DNA of 39,433 bases from a virus (taxonomy: Duplodnaviria > Heunggongvirae > Uroviricota > Caudoviricetes). The stretch lies in the IMG/VR virus record IMGVR_UViG_3300032030_000013; one strand, given 5' to 3'. A model generated the notes under the pieces. The model was not told the DNA's origin, ran no database searches, and saw nothing but the letters and a program-made list of their open reading frames with translations. The position numbers were made by a program, and so were the translations under genes. How positions within the stretch are numbered: the stretch's first letter is position 1; the number at the start of each line of letters is the position of its first letter. This document shows, one piece after another, positions 27,322-37,614 of this stretch.

Positions 27322-27900
27322 ATGAATAATGATAATATAGGAGTTAGTGGAAGGGAAATAATGCCAGAAGAATCTGACGGAATGGGAATTAAAGGTCAAT
27401 GGATTAATAAAAGAACTGGACAGACGATTAATGTTCGTAACGCAGTACAAGATGGCAATCAAATGATTATTATTTCAGATAAAGGACAAATTCCTATGGA
27501 TGTGTTTTCAAGGGATTATATTCAAGGATCTAATGAGATATATAATGAACAAGGACAGGTAATAGGACAAGAGGAATTTACAGCTCAAGAAATTAATTAT
27601 CCACAATCAGCAGAATTCAATTATCAACAATATGCTGATACACCTCCTGCGCCGCCTGCACCTCAGGAAGATCCTAATGAAAAAATAATCAAAAAGATAT
27701 TTGATAAATTATCAACATATCCTGAAGCAGTAATAGACATTAAATGGGATGATTTTCCAGAAGCTCAACTTAAAACATTAACAGATTTCTTGGATATAGA
27801 TTTAGATTCAATATCTAAATACATATTAAAGAATTATTTAAATGAAGATAAACTTGCAGAATCAATTTCTAAAATGTTAGAAGAACGATTAGGCAAATAA
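27322..27900 (+). CDS. hypothetical protein (192 aa, Pro-rich linker)
   Basis: ORF track, operon context. Confidence 0.85.
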   Translation: MNNDNIGVSGREIMPEESDGMGIKGQWINKRTGQTINVRNAVQDGNQMIIISDKGQIPMDVFSRDYIQGSNEIYNEQGQVIGQEEFTAQEINYPQSAEFNYQQYADTPPAPPAPQEDPNEKIIKKIFDKLSTYPEAVIDIKWDDFPEAQLKTLTDFLDIDLDSISKYILKNYLNEDKLAESISKMLEERLGK

Positions 27901-27930
27901 TTTATACTAAATATAACATATTGAGTAACA

Positions 27931-28179
27931 ATGGATAATCACTCTAATGAAAAGGAATTTACTGAGCAACTTTTGAATTTAACTGGTAATATTTCGAAAG
28001 CACAAGCATATATAAAAGAAAACTATCATATTGACTCTGAATATGATTCTGAAAATGATTTATTGTATATTTGGTCAAAAAATGTAAATGAAAGTTTAAA
28101 TCTTGCTGCTGCGAAAGAATATGTTACTGAAGAAATTGGAGAAGAATTTGTTAATGTAATTTATGGGATGAAACAATAA
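27931..28179 (+). CDS. hypothetical protein (82 aa, acidic)
   Basis: ORF track, operon context. Confidence 0.8.
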   Translation: MDNHSNEKEFTEQLLNLTGNISKAQAYIKENYHIDSEYDSENDLLYIWSKNVNESLNLAAAKEYVTEEIGEEFVNVIYGMKQ

Positions 28180-28272
28180 AAAGTCTTAGAATGTTCATCT
28201 AATGCGGTAAAATTTTGTTTACTATAAATTATATTACTTTATAATTACAAGGCTTAGAATGTAAAATAAAGA

Positions 28273-28306
28273 ATAGCCAGAGATGTTTTTATATATCTCT
28301 GGCTAT
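28273..28306. terminator. probable bidirectional terminator
   Basis: ATAGCCAGAGAT...ATCTCTGGCTAT between convergent gene blocks. Confidence 0.75.
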
Positions 28307-28331
28307 AAATTATTTTTTACAAATTAACAAT

Positions 28332-29390
28332 TTAAATGATATCCAAAATTCCTTTAAGTTTATTGCTTTCAGCTTGTATTTTATTTTCTGCTAATTTTGT
28401 ATCTTTAGACATTGTATAATCATGATTCTGTTCAAAGATATCTATAATGTCCTGAGGATAAGATTCTTTTTCTAATGCAACTAATTTACGATTATAATCA
28501 AAATGTTTTTCTATTTCTTCAATTGATTTATTTATATTACCTGCATATTTTTTAGAATTAATCAAATTATAGATATAATTATGTACGGCAGTTTTATTCT
28601 TATAATCTAAATTAAAATCTATTTCTTTTGGTGAAACACGATATTTTCTTGTTTTTGATTTCTTTAGAATAATTGGATAAATGTTATCACCAGCATCTCC
28701 ACGAATTATCTTATCAATAACAATATTTTTAGGATTAATTTTGTTGATTTCTTTTGATTTAGATTTTATATGTTCTAATAATTCTTCATTTATATTAAAT
28801 TCATTATTGAACAAGAAATTAAAGTCTTCTTCAGGAAAATCTTCAATATATAATCCATTATCTACATTCCACCAAGCTGTAAAGCATTTATTAGAATCTA
28901 TTTTTACTAACTGTTTTAAGTCGTTATCCTTTGTCCAAATAATACAGTTTGTGCCTTGTGAATTCAAATATGTTGACCAATGATAGCACCAGTCATCTCC
29001 TTCTACATTATTTTCTTGACACGCAGTTATACCGCATTCTTTAAGATTAGAAATAAATTCTCCATAAGACTGAAATAAAAGTTCCCAGTTAATATCGTCT
29101 GATTTAACACGATTTTCTTTATATCCTACAGGTTCACCTTCTTCTTCACATTCTCTTACTAAATAATCAGGTATTTCTACATTACTTCGCCAAGAACCAC
29201 CGTCCGCTACAAAAATTACATTATCTATATCTGGAAAATTCTTTAAAACGATGTTAATTGATTTAATCATTAAAAGTTTAAGTTCCTGGTTTAATTCATA
29301 ATCATCTGCGAATCTATTGTTCAAAACTGATAATCTACTCATTAATAGCCAGTTACCATCAACAATTAATGTTAACTTACTTTTTGGCAT
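28332..29390 (-). CDS. 5'-3' exonuclease / T4 RNase H-like flap endonuclease
   Basis: LIVDGN, FVADG..SWR, YK.NR, EGDD, T.D.DLKQL, GD.GDNI motifs. Confidence 0.92.
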   Translation of the reverse strand: MPKSKLTLIVDGNWLLMSRLSVLNNRFADDYELNQELKLLMIKSINIVLKNFPDIDNVIFVADGGSWRSNVEIPDYLVRECEEEGEPVGYKENRVKSDDINWELLFQSYGEFISNLKECGITACQENNVEGDDWCYHWSTYLNSQGTNCIIWTKDNDLKQLVKIDSNKCFTAWWNVDNGLYIEDFPEEDFNFLFNNEFNINEELLEHIKSKSKEINKINPKNIVIDKIIRGDAGDNIYPIILKKSKTRKYRVSPKEIDFNLDYKNKTAVHNYIYNLINSKKYAGNINKSIEEIEKHFDYNRKLVALEKESYPQDIIDIFEQNHDYTMSKDTKLAENKIQAESNKLKGILDII

Positions 29391-29440
29391 AATTAATTAC
29401 ATCATATATTTATATAAATATAGTACTTTGTAAAAAATTA

Positions 29441-29692
29441 TTAATTAACTTTCCATTCAATAAGATTTTCTGTAACAAACGAACGCCAGCCTTCAGAATT
29501 CAAATCATAATAACGAATATTAGAATCTATGATATCATAACCAGTTCCTTTAGGAGAATTCTCTTTTCCCATGACTTCAACATTCAATGTTCCTTTGGCT
29601 ACACGTTCGTCACCATTCTTTTTCTTATACTTAAACTCTACAACACCATTATGCAATGCTTTCTTAAAATCTTCAATATTAATATTTTCCAT
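29441..29692 (-). CDS. WYL_2 / Sm-like SH3 beta-barrel protein
   Basis: VVEFKYKKKNG.ER.AKGTL...YYDL..EGWRSF. Confidence 0.8.
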   Translation of the reverse strand: MENINIEDFKKALHNGVVEFKYKKKNGDERVAKGTLNVEVMGKENSPKGTGYDIIDSNIRYYDLNSEGWRSFVTENLIEWKVN

Positions 29693-29709
29693 ATCTTATT
29701 AAAATTTAT

Positions 29710-30084
29710 TTATTTATCTTTCTTAAATTTTTGTTTAGTAAACCATGGACCAAGTTTTGCAACCCACTTCATATATTTCATAAATGCCTCGTCATTTTCA
29801 TCAAAAATTTTAATGTAAGGATTATCAATAAAATATTTATCAATTACTTCCTGTGATTCATCAGCAGCATATGCATAAATATTTCCAACCCAAGAATGAC
29901 CAATTCCTACAGTAAGCCACTCTTTATTTAACTTTAAAGAATTTGGTTTATCATTAAAAAGAAAACGTACAGCATCATTTGTACTAAGCCATTCAATAAG
30001 ATCTGGAGTAAGTTTGATTACTGCGCTCTTTGGCATTACATAACCTTTGTGGTCAATATAACAATTGTATGGAAGCTTACTCAT
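29710..30084 (-). CDS. hypothetical protein
   Basis: ORF track, tight operon packing. Confidence 0.8.
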   Translation of the reverse strand: MSKLPYNCYIDHKGYVMPKSAVIKLTPDLIEWLSTNDAVRFLFNDKPNSLKLNKEWLTVGIGHSWVGNIYAYAADESQEVIDKYFIDNPYIKIFDENDEAFMKYMKWVAKLGPWFTKQKFKKDK

Positions 30085-30087
30085 AAA

Positions 30088-30294
30088 TTATTTAATAACT
30101 TTTTTAATACTACGTTCAGAAATATCATGATTAACATATCCTGTAGAAAGAACTTCAGCATCAAAATAATGACCATCAATTTTAAGTACTTTACATTCTT
30201 CTTGAATTGGCTCAGCCCAACCACCTTCAGTACGATAAACAGTCATTAAAATTATATCTCCAACTTTAACCGGATTTCCTTTACGATCTTTCAT
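30088..30294 (-). CDS. small hypothetical protein (D..GN.V.VGD motif)
   Basis: Motif shared with 35328..35636 and 38286..38606. Confidence 0.8.
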   Translation of the reverse strand: MKDRKGNPVKVGDIILMTVYRTEGGWAEPIQEECKVLKIDGHYFDAEVLSTGYVNHDISERSIKKVIK

Positions 30295-30344
30295 ATTTAC
30301 TATTATTAATCTTATAACTTATAAATTTTAAATATTATATAAAT

Positions 30345-30372
30345 AATATAGTATAACTTTAAAAAAATTCAA
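30345..30372 (-). promoter_or_regulatory. putative promoter
   Basis: TTGAAT-N16-TATATT. Confidence 0.7.
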
Positions 30373-30405
30373 AAAATAAAAAGGTAGATTCATATGAATC
30401 TACCT
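30372..30405 (-). terminator. intrinsic terminator
   Basis: Palindrome AGGTAGATTCATATGAATCTACCT followed by a T-tract on the minus strand. Confidence 0.75.
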
Positions 30406-30435
30406 ATAATATACTAACGTTGTTAATCTTCTAAA

Positions 30436-30621
30436 TTATTCAGCAACGATAGAATCAATTGCAACTGAATCAATAACTGCAGAATCAACTGCGAAGCTAT
30501 CAACAAGTACAGTATCTGTTGCTGTGCTATCTACTGCTGTGCTATTAGAACCACAATTACAGCTTGTGATTGACATAGTAAGCATGGTTGCAAAAATAAA
30601 TCCAAAAATAAATTTCTTCAT
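30436..30621 (-). CDS. small Bacteroidota-type lipoprotein
   Basis: MKK-hydrophobic-ITSC lipobox; repeated xDS/xDT motifs. Confidence 0.8.
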   Translation of the reverse strand: MKKFIFGFIFATMLTMSITSCNCGSNSTAVDSTATDTVLVDSFAVDSAVIDSVAIDSIVAE

Positions 30622-30729
30622 TTTACAAATTACTTTAATATATTTTACAAATGAATAGACTATACTAAGTATAGCATATTCTATAAATAATAAATATTTT
30701 TTTAATATATATAATCAAATTATTAATAA

Positions 30730-31260
30730 TTATCGTCTTCCTCCTAATCTACCGGAATGCCCATGTTGTCCATTGTTTGGTCTAACATTATTTGGTCTAT
30801 TATTAACATTAGGTCTACTATTACCATGTACATTATGATTAGGTTTATCATTAATCCTAGATCTGTTAAATGGTTTATTATATGTCCTATTATAATAACG
30901 AGGTCTTTCATATATACCATTTCTTCTTAAAAATCTATGATCATATTTATGTGGTCTAAAATATGGTCTATGATGTAATGTTCTAAATGGTTTAGTATAT
31001 GTTCTTACATACCAATAGTTATTATAATAATAAGGATAATAATATAAATCATTATAAAAATAATAAATGATTCTACCATTATAATAATATGGAGTTCCAA
31101 ATTGAACTACAACATTAAAATCAATATCTGATGAAACAATATTAACTTCATTTTCAACATATATATCATCTTGTGTTGTTACATATGAACCTGTTTCACA
31201 TGAACTTAGTGTGAGCATCATACATAAACAAATAATAAATGTTATAAAATACTTTTTCAT
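30730..31260 (-). CDS. putative lipoprotein, Tyr-rich with R/N/P-rich tail
   Basis: MKK..LSSC lipobox. Confidence 0.8.
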   Translation of the reverse strand: MKKYFITFIICLCMMLTLSSCETGSYVTTQDDIYVENEVNIVSSDIDFNVVVQFGTPYYYNGRIIYYFYNDLYYYPYYYNNYWYVRTYTKPFRTLHHRPYFRPHKYDHRFLRRNGIYERPRYYNRTYNKPFNRSRINDKPNHNVHGNSRPNVNNRPNNVRPNNGQHGHSGRLGGRR

Positions 31261-31261
31261 A

Positions 31262-31423
31262 TTAATTTAATTCCTTATTTAGCATTTCAACAATTTTATT
31301 TGCTTTCTTAATAGATTCCTTTACTAAGAATTCATCACTTGCTGATGAATTATTCTTTTCTAATGCAAGTACATATAATTGTATCGCGCATTCCTTAACT
31401 AATTTCTTATCTTCTGTAGTCAT
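31262..31423 (-). CDS. small hypothetical protein (53 aa)
   Basis: MTTEDKKLVKECAIQLY...ELN*, exactly fills the gap between neighbours. Confidence 0.7.
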   Translation of the reverse strand: MTTEDKKLVKECAIQLYVLALEKNNSSASDEFLVKESIKKANKIVEMLNKELN

Positions 31424-31425
31424 CG

Positions 31426-32010
31426 TTAATCATTTATAAATTTATAATTAGGATCAAATGGTTTCTTAGGTAATTCTTCATAATATTGATGCATCTCTCT
31501 CCATTGTTGTATTGTTTTAATTCCTTTTAAATCATGAGCTTTTAATGCATCATATTTTTCAGAATAATGATTCCACAATTTGTCCTCAGATAAAAATAAT
31601 ATTGATTTATATATATATTGATATAATTTATCATCTAAATAATCAATACAATACTTATGTAGTGTTTTTCCTGTCTTTGTATTATAAAATACATACCCAT
31701 ACCAATTAGTATCTCTTGTCACAGTAGAATAGTAAATAAACATTTTATCATACTTACCTTCATTGTATTTATTATAAGTCAAATCATAAATAATACAATT
31801 AACTCGTGCACGATTAAATTTATCTACTTCTTCAATTTGAATTCGATTATTTTTATCATTTAATGGTGTTATAATTCCAAAACAGGAAAACTTTGCATAA
31901 TCAATCATGCGTCCACCTGCAAATAAAGCATTAAGTATATATGCAGATTTTTGTTTAAAATTTTCAAAAGTACAATAGTTTATAGCCAAATCAATTTCAT
32001 AATTGTTCAT
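31426..32010 (-). CDS. hypothetical protein
   Basis: ORF track. Confidence 0.8.
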   Translation of the reverse strand: MNNYEIDLAINYCTFENFKQKSAYILNALFAGGRMIDYAKFSCFGIITPLNDKNNRIQIEEVDKFNRARVNCIIYDLTYNKYNEGKYDKMFIYYSTVTRDTNWYGYVFYNTKTGKTLHKYCIDYLDDKLYQYIYKSILFLSEDKLWNHYSEKYDALKAHDLKGIKTIQQWREMHQYYEELPKKPFDPNYKFIND

Positions 32011-32028
32011 ATATATAAATGTATATTT

Positions 32029-32604
32029 TTATTCTCTTTCATTTAAAAGACTATCTAACTTGTTAATGATCCAATCAGTATTATCCATGTTTAAATGGTT
32101 TGTTTTCATTAATTCAGATCTTACGTAATTTAATACTGTTGATTTCATTACACGTTTAGGATGCTTTTCTTTAATCTTATCATATATGTCTAATATACTA
32201 TCTTCAATAGATAACATATTGACATCCTTATTATAGTCTTCTTGATATACACTTTTATAAAGATATGCAAAATGCTGCCAAATATATTCTTTATAAAAAT
32301 CTATCTTATCTTCTGGAAAATCTTTTAATTTGATATAATCTTGTATAAGAACAGATATTTCATTGTATTGCTCTTTATTATTTTCATCATACTTAAAATA
32401 AAATAAAGCTATTTTAGAACTTGCATAATTTTCAATATTATTAATTAAATTACATATATTTAAATTAAAATGTTGAACATTAAATATTGATTCCAAAATA
32501 TTATCTTCTCCATTCCAATAAAACAACAAAGGAACACCATTTCCATTGATGTTTAATAGTTTATCTTCATTAATTATATTAATTGCTACTAAAGAATCTC
32601 TCAC
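32029..32604 (-). CDS. hypothetical protein
   Basis: ORF track (GTG start). Confidence 0.8.
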   Translation of the reverse strand: MRDSLVAINIINEDKLLNINGNGVPLLFYWNGEDNILESIFNVQHFNLNICNLINNIENYASSKIALFYFKYDENNKEQYNEISVLIQDYIKLKDFPEDKIDFYKEYIWQHFAYLYKSVYQEDYNKDVNMLSIEDSILDIYDKIKEKHPKRVMKSTVLNYVRSELMKTNHLNMDNTDWIINKLDSLLNERE

Positions 32605-32674
32605 GATATTATGTAAAATAAATTTATTTTCAAAATAGTATATATTGATAAATTAATTCTAAATATTTAATTTA

Positions 32675-33052
32675 TTATTTATCCTTTATATTTTCTTCAT
32701 AGTTTCTTTTAATATCTTCAACATTTTCTTTAAATCTATCATATATCTCAGGATATGTTGCAAATACTCTCCCAAGATATTCACACATACCATTAAATAT
32801 ATCAACTTCTAATTGTTCTTTAAGATTACCTAGACTATGATTAAATGCCTGTATAATAGATTCAATAGGATCACGTTTGCTTCCTAATGAAAACTTAATA
32901 GCATGTTTATATTGAGTATCAAATCCAAGCATTACTAAATCAATTCCATGTTCTTCAGATTCACTATATTCATCTACCCATTTATCAATAGCATCCTTAA
33001 GTGCTTTAAATCTTGGTGAATTTTTTGACGTATCTCTAATTTCCTTTTCCAT
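32675..33052 (-). CDS. hypothetical protein
   Basis: ORF track. Confidence 0.8.
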   Translation of the reverse strand: MEKEIRDTSKNSPRFKALKDAIDKWVDEYSESEEHGIDLVMLGFDTQYKHAIKFSLGSKRDPIESIIQAFNHSLGNLKEQLEVDIFNGMCEYLGRVFATYPEIYDRFKENVEDIKRNYEENIKDK

Positions 33053-33063
33053 AATATAATATA

Positions 33064-33753
33064 TTATTTATTAATTTCAAAATATAATGGATTAAACATT
33101 GTTCTATAATCTTCATTTAATATTGACACATTATATACTTTTGTATCATATAAAATTTCTTCATTATGATTTGATGTATGAAGATGACCATGTATGCAAT
33201 ATGTAGGATTATATTTCTTAATAACTTCTCGTATTACATAACTACCTAAATGCTCATTTGGTCTATTAGTTTCAAAACATTGATCACTGCATCCATAAGG
33301 AGCATCATGAGAAAGCAATATATCAATATGCCTATCTTTAAGAACAGTGTTTTTAATTATTCTTTTTTGTTCTTTTTCATCTGGCATAAATGCCCAATTA
33401 AAGAACTTATGACATAATGGTGTCCCATAAATAGTTATTCCATCAATAGTTATCCATTCATTTTCTAAATATATGATATTTGTTCCTTTTATTAACTCAC
33501 GAAATTCATTTGAGTTCTTTTCAAGATAAAAATCATGATTTCCACCTATCATAACAATATGTTTACAATTTATTTCTTTTGTCCATGGAATAAAATCTTC
33601 TTCATACCATTCTTTTGATAACTTCATACTTTTCTGAGACCATAAATCAACTGTATCTCCTGCTATAAGTAAGACATCTACATCTTTAATCTTATCAGCA
33701 AGATCATATGAATATAATATTCCGTGTAAATCAGAAATAGCACAAAATTTCAT
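33064..33753 (-). CDS. calcineurin-like metallophosphoesterase
   Basis: SDLHG, AGD, GNHD, SH, HGHLH motifs. Confidence 0.93.
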   Translation of the reverse strand: MKFCAISDLHGILYSYDLADKIKDVDVLLIAGDTVDLWSQKSMKLSKEWYEEDFIPWTKEINCKHIVMIGGNHDFYLEKNSNEFRELIKGTNIIYLENEWITIDGITIYGTPLCHKFFNWAFMPDEKEQKRIIKNTVLKDRHIDILLSHDAPYGCSDQCFETNRPNEHLGSYVIREVIKKYNPTYCIHGHLHTSNHNEEILYDTKVYNVSILNEDYRTMFNPLYFEINK

Positions 33754-33806
33754 GATATTAAATTATTAAAATTAATTTATTAAAATAGTATTAGATTTAT
33801 ATAAAT

Positions 33807-34067
33807 CTAGTCAATCCAATCATATTGTTTCAAAAACCAATTAAGCATCTTATTATGGTTATGATTCATAAATCCTGGAGATTCATATATAATATCAAAC
33901 GTATTAGTATCAAAATGATATAGTCCTGTCAATTTGCATTTATCATTAACAAATTTCTTATATGTATGTCTTTTTACAATCATACAATAAAGATCTCCGT
34001 TCTCATCATATTTCGTTGGTTGAAATATGTAGGGGCCACGTCTACAAGAATTTGTCTTACTTAACAT
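33807..34067 (-). CDS. hypothetical protein
   Basis: ORF track. Confidence 0.7.
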   Translation of the reverse strand: MLSKTNSCRRGPYIFQPTKYDENGDLYCMIVKRHTYKKFVNDKCKLTGLYHFDTNTFDIIYESPGFMNHNHNKMLNWFLKQYDWID

Positions 34068-34072
34068 ATTTA

Positions 34073-34396
34073 TTAAATGATAATTTTTTCACCTGTCTGA
34101 TATGGATTTAAACCTAAACCAATAGACCAATTCCAATCTTTATAACCTATATAGAATTCTGTATTTGTTGGTTTATAAATAACTTTCATTGCAATCTTAT
34201 TGTCTCTAAGATCTTTATTAAGTTTCTTTTCAACAATATTAAATAAATCTTCAAATAAATCTTTAACATCTTCTACATTATCTGGGGAATTCTTATGGAA
34301 TCCTTCATCCCATTCTACAATACGATGAACGACAGTAGTAGGATATCTATAAAATTCCTTAATTTCAAATTTTGAAGAATCAAATAAAATTGTCAT
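34073..34396 (-). CDS. hypothetical protein
   Basis: ORF track, tight packing. Confidence 0.78.
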   Translation of the reverse strand: MTILFDSSKFEIKEFYRYPTTVVHRIVEWDEGFHKNSPDNVEDVKDLFEDLFNIVEKKLNKDLRDNKIAMKVIYKPTNTEFYIGYKDWNWSIGLGLNPYQTGEKIII

Positions 34397-34398
34397 AA

Positions 34399-34737
34399 TT
34401 ACTTCTTTACTTTATAAATATTGTTATTATCAAATTCAATATGTTTCCATCCAATAGAATCACAGAAATAATATTTTCCGTCAACCTTTACAATATCACT
34501 GATTGACATACGATGACCACCGAAATCAACAGGATGATCCAAATTGAACTTCTTAAATAAATACTCAAGAAACATCTCAACAGTATCACTATATTCAACT
34601 TCATCAGAATAAACCTGTACATAATGCTTCAGATTAACTTCATCAATCCAACGAAGTGGAGCAAAACAATACTTACGATAGATATCTTCTGGAGTACCTC
34701 TACGAACACTGGGAATTTGATAAATTGTATATTTCAT
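34399..34737 (-). CDS. YodL-like domain protein
   Basis: IYQ...Y..VY...LE.LF.KFN..HP.DF.GH.MS.SDIV...YYFCDSIGW. Confidence 0.88.
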   Translation of the reverse strand: MKYTIYQIPSVRRGTPEDIYRKYCFAPLRWIDEVNLKHYVQVYSDEVEYSDTVEMFLEYLFKKFNLDHPVDFGGHRMSISDIVKVDGKYYFCDSIGWKHIEFDNNNIYKVKK

Positions 34738-34739
34738 AT

Positions 34740-34940
34740 TTATTTAAATTTTGGAAGTTCATTATAAATACCTTTGATCCATTCATTAATAGCATCTGCA
34801 AAATATTTATTGAATTTAGGGTGAATATAATTAATTGTATCATAATCATAATATTCTTTAGTATAACACCCGTCATTATATGATGCTAAGAAAAAATTAT
34901 CACATGTTAATATTTTCCAAATGGCCTTTAATCTTTTCAT
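34740..34940 (-). CDS. hypothetical protein
   Basis: ORF track, ATGA overlap. Confidence 0.75.
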   Translation of the reverse strand: MKRLKAIWKILTCDNFFLASYNDGCYTKEYYDYDTINYIHPKFNKYFADAINEWIKGIYNELPKFK

Positions 34941-35239
34941 AACTTAATGATTTTACCTGTAGTCCAATCTGTTTCTACTTCATTAGGAAATGCTTCAGTA
35001 TGCATTGTGCTCAAACTGAATAATGCTTTACCAACTTCAGAATGATATTTTCCGTCTTCAGAAAACCAAGGCTCATTTAATTTTACCTTAATATATCTAA
35101 AATGAAAATTACCACATGGCTCACCATTTGTTTCACGTGCATCCTTAATTTTCTGTTCAATAGCAATTCTCATGTATTTCTTTGAACTAAAAATTCCGAA
35201 TAACATTCCTGGGCCATTAATAACAATATACATAATCAA
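34937..35239 (-). CDS. hypothetical protein
   Basis: ORF track; first gene after the promoter at 35262. Confidence 0.78.
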   Translation of the reverse strand: MIMYIVINGPGMLFGIFSSKKYMRIAIEQKIKDARETNGEPCGNFHFRYIKVKLNEPWFSEDGKYHSEVGKALFSLSTMHTEAFPNEVETDWTTGKIIKL

Positions 35240-35261
35240 TAATTTTAAATTTTATATAAAT

Positions 35262-35289
35262 AATATAGACATTATATATAAAAATTCAA
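35262..35289 (-). promoter_or_regulatory. putative promoter
   Basis: TTGAAT-N16-TATATT. Confidence 0.7.
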
Positions 35290-35327
35290 ATATTATTAAA
35301 AAAATAAATAGGAATATACATATATTC

Positions 35328-35636
35328 CTATATATCAAAATATTCAGGTTTACATTTAACTATATCTGAACTATATCTCCATGCTTTTGTTGGTTTTGAT
35401 GTAAACTTTAATTTATGACATTTTTCTTGATAAAAATACTCTATATTAGAATAAAGTCTTCCGTCGTCATATTCAATTAAAACTTGACAATAACCAGAAT
35501 CACGAATATCTTTAAAATCTCTAATGATTGCTTTTCTATATGTTGTATATGTCTTAGGAACTTTAACTAAAACTTCATCACCAACTTTAATAATATTTCC
35601 TACATTATCTCTACAATCCATAATATCTAATAACAC
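35328..35636 (-). CDS. hypothetical protein (D..GN.I.VGD motif); true start probably at an internal ATG
   Basis: ORF track, shared motif. Confidence 0.75.
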   Translation of the reverse strand: MLLDIMDCRDNVGNIIKVGDEVLVKVPKTYTTYRKAIIRDFKDIRDSGYCQVLIEYDDGRLYSNIEYFYQEKCHKLKFTSKPTKAWRYSSDIVKCKPEYFDI

Positions 35637-35809
35637 ATATATATTCTTATTCCACTAATTATACAACCCATAGATGCTATTGTAGCCCAAAAACATCCAA
35701 TCCAAAATTCATTAATCATTCTTGTTCTTTTATATGATGCATATCCAGCGCATATAAAGAATATAGCAGTAAGCAAAAATATAATAAAACAAGTTATAGC
35801 AAATGTCAT
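35627..35809 (-). CDS. small two-TM membrane protein
   Basis: Two hydrophobic segments in 60 aa. Confidence 0.7.
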   Translation of the reverse strand: MTFAITCFIIFLLTAIFFICAGYASYKRTRMINEFWIGCFWATIASMGCIISGIRIYMCY

Positions 35810-35818
35810 ATTAAATTA
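35775..35818. repeat. 44-bp direct repeat, copy 1
   Basis: 43/44 identical to 37571..37614. Confidence 0.95.
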
Positions 35819-35861
35819 AAATATTTTAAATAAAAATAGTTAACAAACGTTTTAATTCAAA

Positions 35862-35888
35862 AATAGGTTGGTTAATAACCAACCTATT
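35862..35888 (-). terminator. intrinsic terminator of lipoprotein gene
   Basis: AATAGGTTGGTT-AAT-AACCAACCTATT hairpin, T-tract on minus strand. Confidence 0.8.
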
Positions 35889-35909
35889 ATTATTTATAAA
35901 GTTTAATAA

Positions 35910-37334
35910 TTAAGCATTATTCTTAACTCTAATATAGAACTTAGAACCGTCAGCAACTACAACATTACCATTCTTATTAACAATGTAAATCTTAAATGAC
36001 ATTGTCTTATTAATTGCATTAACATCATTTACTGTAACAGTAAGTTTTTCAGTAGCCTTAGTCATTTTCTTCAAACCGCTAATATTAAATTTCTTCCAAG
36101 CAGTAAGATCTGCAGCAGCAGCTTCATTATCAAAATCAATATAGAAGTAATCCATACTTGAATAATTTGCTACAGCATCATCAATACTAAGTGTTAAAGC
36201 ATATGTATTAACAATATCAATAGGATTAGCTGCAGTACCATCATGAGTAGCATCAACCAAATTAGTATTTCCCTTGTAGTACTTCAAATCAGCATATGTA
36301 AATACAGTAGCTGGAGTAAATACTGTAGATCTTGATTGTGTTATAATAAATGGAGAAAATACATAACGAGATTCGGCATAAACAGGAGCATTATTAATTG
36401 CAATAGCATACGCAATATTATTAGCACCATCCTTAACTACATTATCGAATTTAGCACCATCAATACCATTCTTTAAAGTAAAGTTAACTGTATAAAGTCC
36501 GAAATCTAAATCAGATCCACGAGTAATAACCTTATTAGACTTCTTAACAGTAACATCTACATAGTCATCAAGTGTACGACCCTTAGAATCAACTAACTTA
36601 ATATTATCTGCAGTAATTACAGCATTAGCAGGATTTACTTGTATAAGGATATCATCAGTAGAACCAATTGCAGCACCTTTCACATAAGTAACTGGACTAT
36701 CAGTAATAGAACCAAATACATAATCTGCAGGAATAGTTGTATTGTAATAAGTATAAGCAATTGTATTATATGGAGTATTTGTATCTGGTCTCAATGTAAT
36801 ATTAGTTACGCTACCCCACAATGCAGTAATTGCATTATCAAACAATTTAATTATAGCTTCATCAGATAAAACCAAAGTTTTAATATAAACAGAAAGTTCA
36901 TCAGCTGTTACATAATCAACAAGAGCATTAATATATGCTGTTGCGATCTCATCATCTGTCAAACCTAAATCATTAACAATTGAATCAATACGACCTGTCT
37001 TATTAGCAATCATTTCTTCAACTGCCTTATTAGCATTAACTCCATCAATAATTGCTTGTGCAGATGTCTTACCTACTGATGTAGCAGCTTCATTAATTGT
37101 AGTCAATTGACTTGCATTTAAATTAGCAGTTTGCATTGCTGATTCAGCAACGGTCTTAACTTCATCAAGTGCAGTTTGTAATGCGAAAGTCTTAGAAGCA
37201 TTTTCAACAGTTTCTACACGATCCTTCAAACCATTAATGTCATCATCATAATTCTTACATGATGACATACCTACTCCTATGAATGCAACAAACAATGCAA
37301 TCATAAGTGTCTTTAAAATAAATTTTCTCATCAT
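35910..37334 (-). CDS. Prevotella/Bacteroides-type surface lipoprotein (474 aa)
   Basis: Signal peptide plus SSC-KNYDDDI start, coiled coil, then beta-rich body with VNPANA and TR motifs. Confidence 0.85.
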   Translation of the reverse strand: MMRKFILKTLMIALFVAFIGVGMSSCKNYDDDINGLKDRVETVENASKTFALQTALDEVKTVAESAMQTANLNASQLTTINEAATSVGKTSAQAIIDGVNANKAVEEMIANKTGRIDSIVNDLGLTDDEIATAYINALVDYVTADELSVYIKTLVLSDEAIIKLFDNAITALWGSVTNITLRPDTNTPYNTIAYTYYNTTIPADYVFGSITDSPVTYVKGAAIGSTDDILIQVNPANAVITADNIKLVDSKGRTLDDYVDVTVKKSNKVITRGSDLDFGLYTVNFTLKNGIDGAKFDNVVKDGANNIAYAIAINNAPVYAESRYVFSPFIITQSRSTVFTPATVFTYADLKYYKGNTNLVDATHDGTAANPIDIVNTYALTLSIDDAVANYSSMDYFYIDFDNEAAAADLTAWKKFNISGLKKMTKATEKLTVTVNDVNAINKTMSFKIYIVNKNGNVVVADGSKFYIRVKNNA

Positions 37335-37420
37335 AACTCTTTAAATTTTTTAAATTATATTTTTTATTTTTAAGTTTTTGTTTGTATATATAATTTCTTA
37401 TACAAATTTAATTTGATATT

Positions 37421-37448
37421 AAAATAGATAAATATTTGTTAATTTCAA
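37421..37448 (-). promoter_or_regulatory. putative promoter of lipoprotein gene
   Basis: TTGAAA-N16-TATTTT. Confidence 0.65.
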
Positions 37449-37570
37449 TAAAAAATTAATAAAAATTTATATTAAAATTAAGAAAAACGAAAATATTTTC
37501 ATTTTTTTGGTCATTTTTTAATTTATGATAATTTTTAACCATAAAAATGCTTTATAAAATAATAGTACAT

Positions 37571-37614
37571 AAAAATATAATAAAACAAGTTATAGCAAAC
37601 GTCATATTAAATTA
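37571..37614. repeat. 44-bp direct repeat, copy 2 (truncated MTFAITCFIIFL gene start)
   Basis: 43/44 identical to 35775..35818. Confidence 0.95.
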
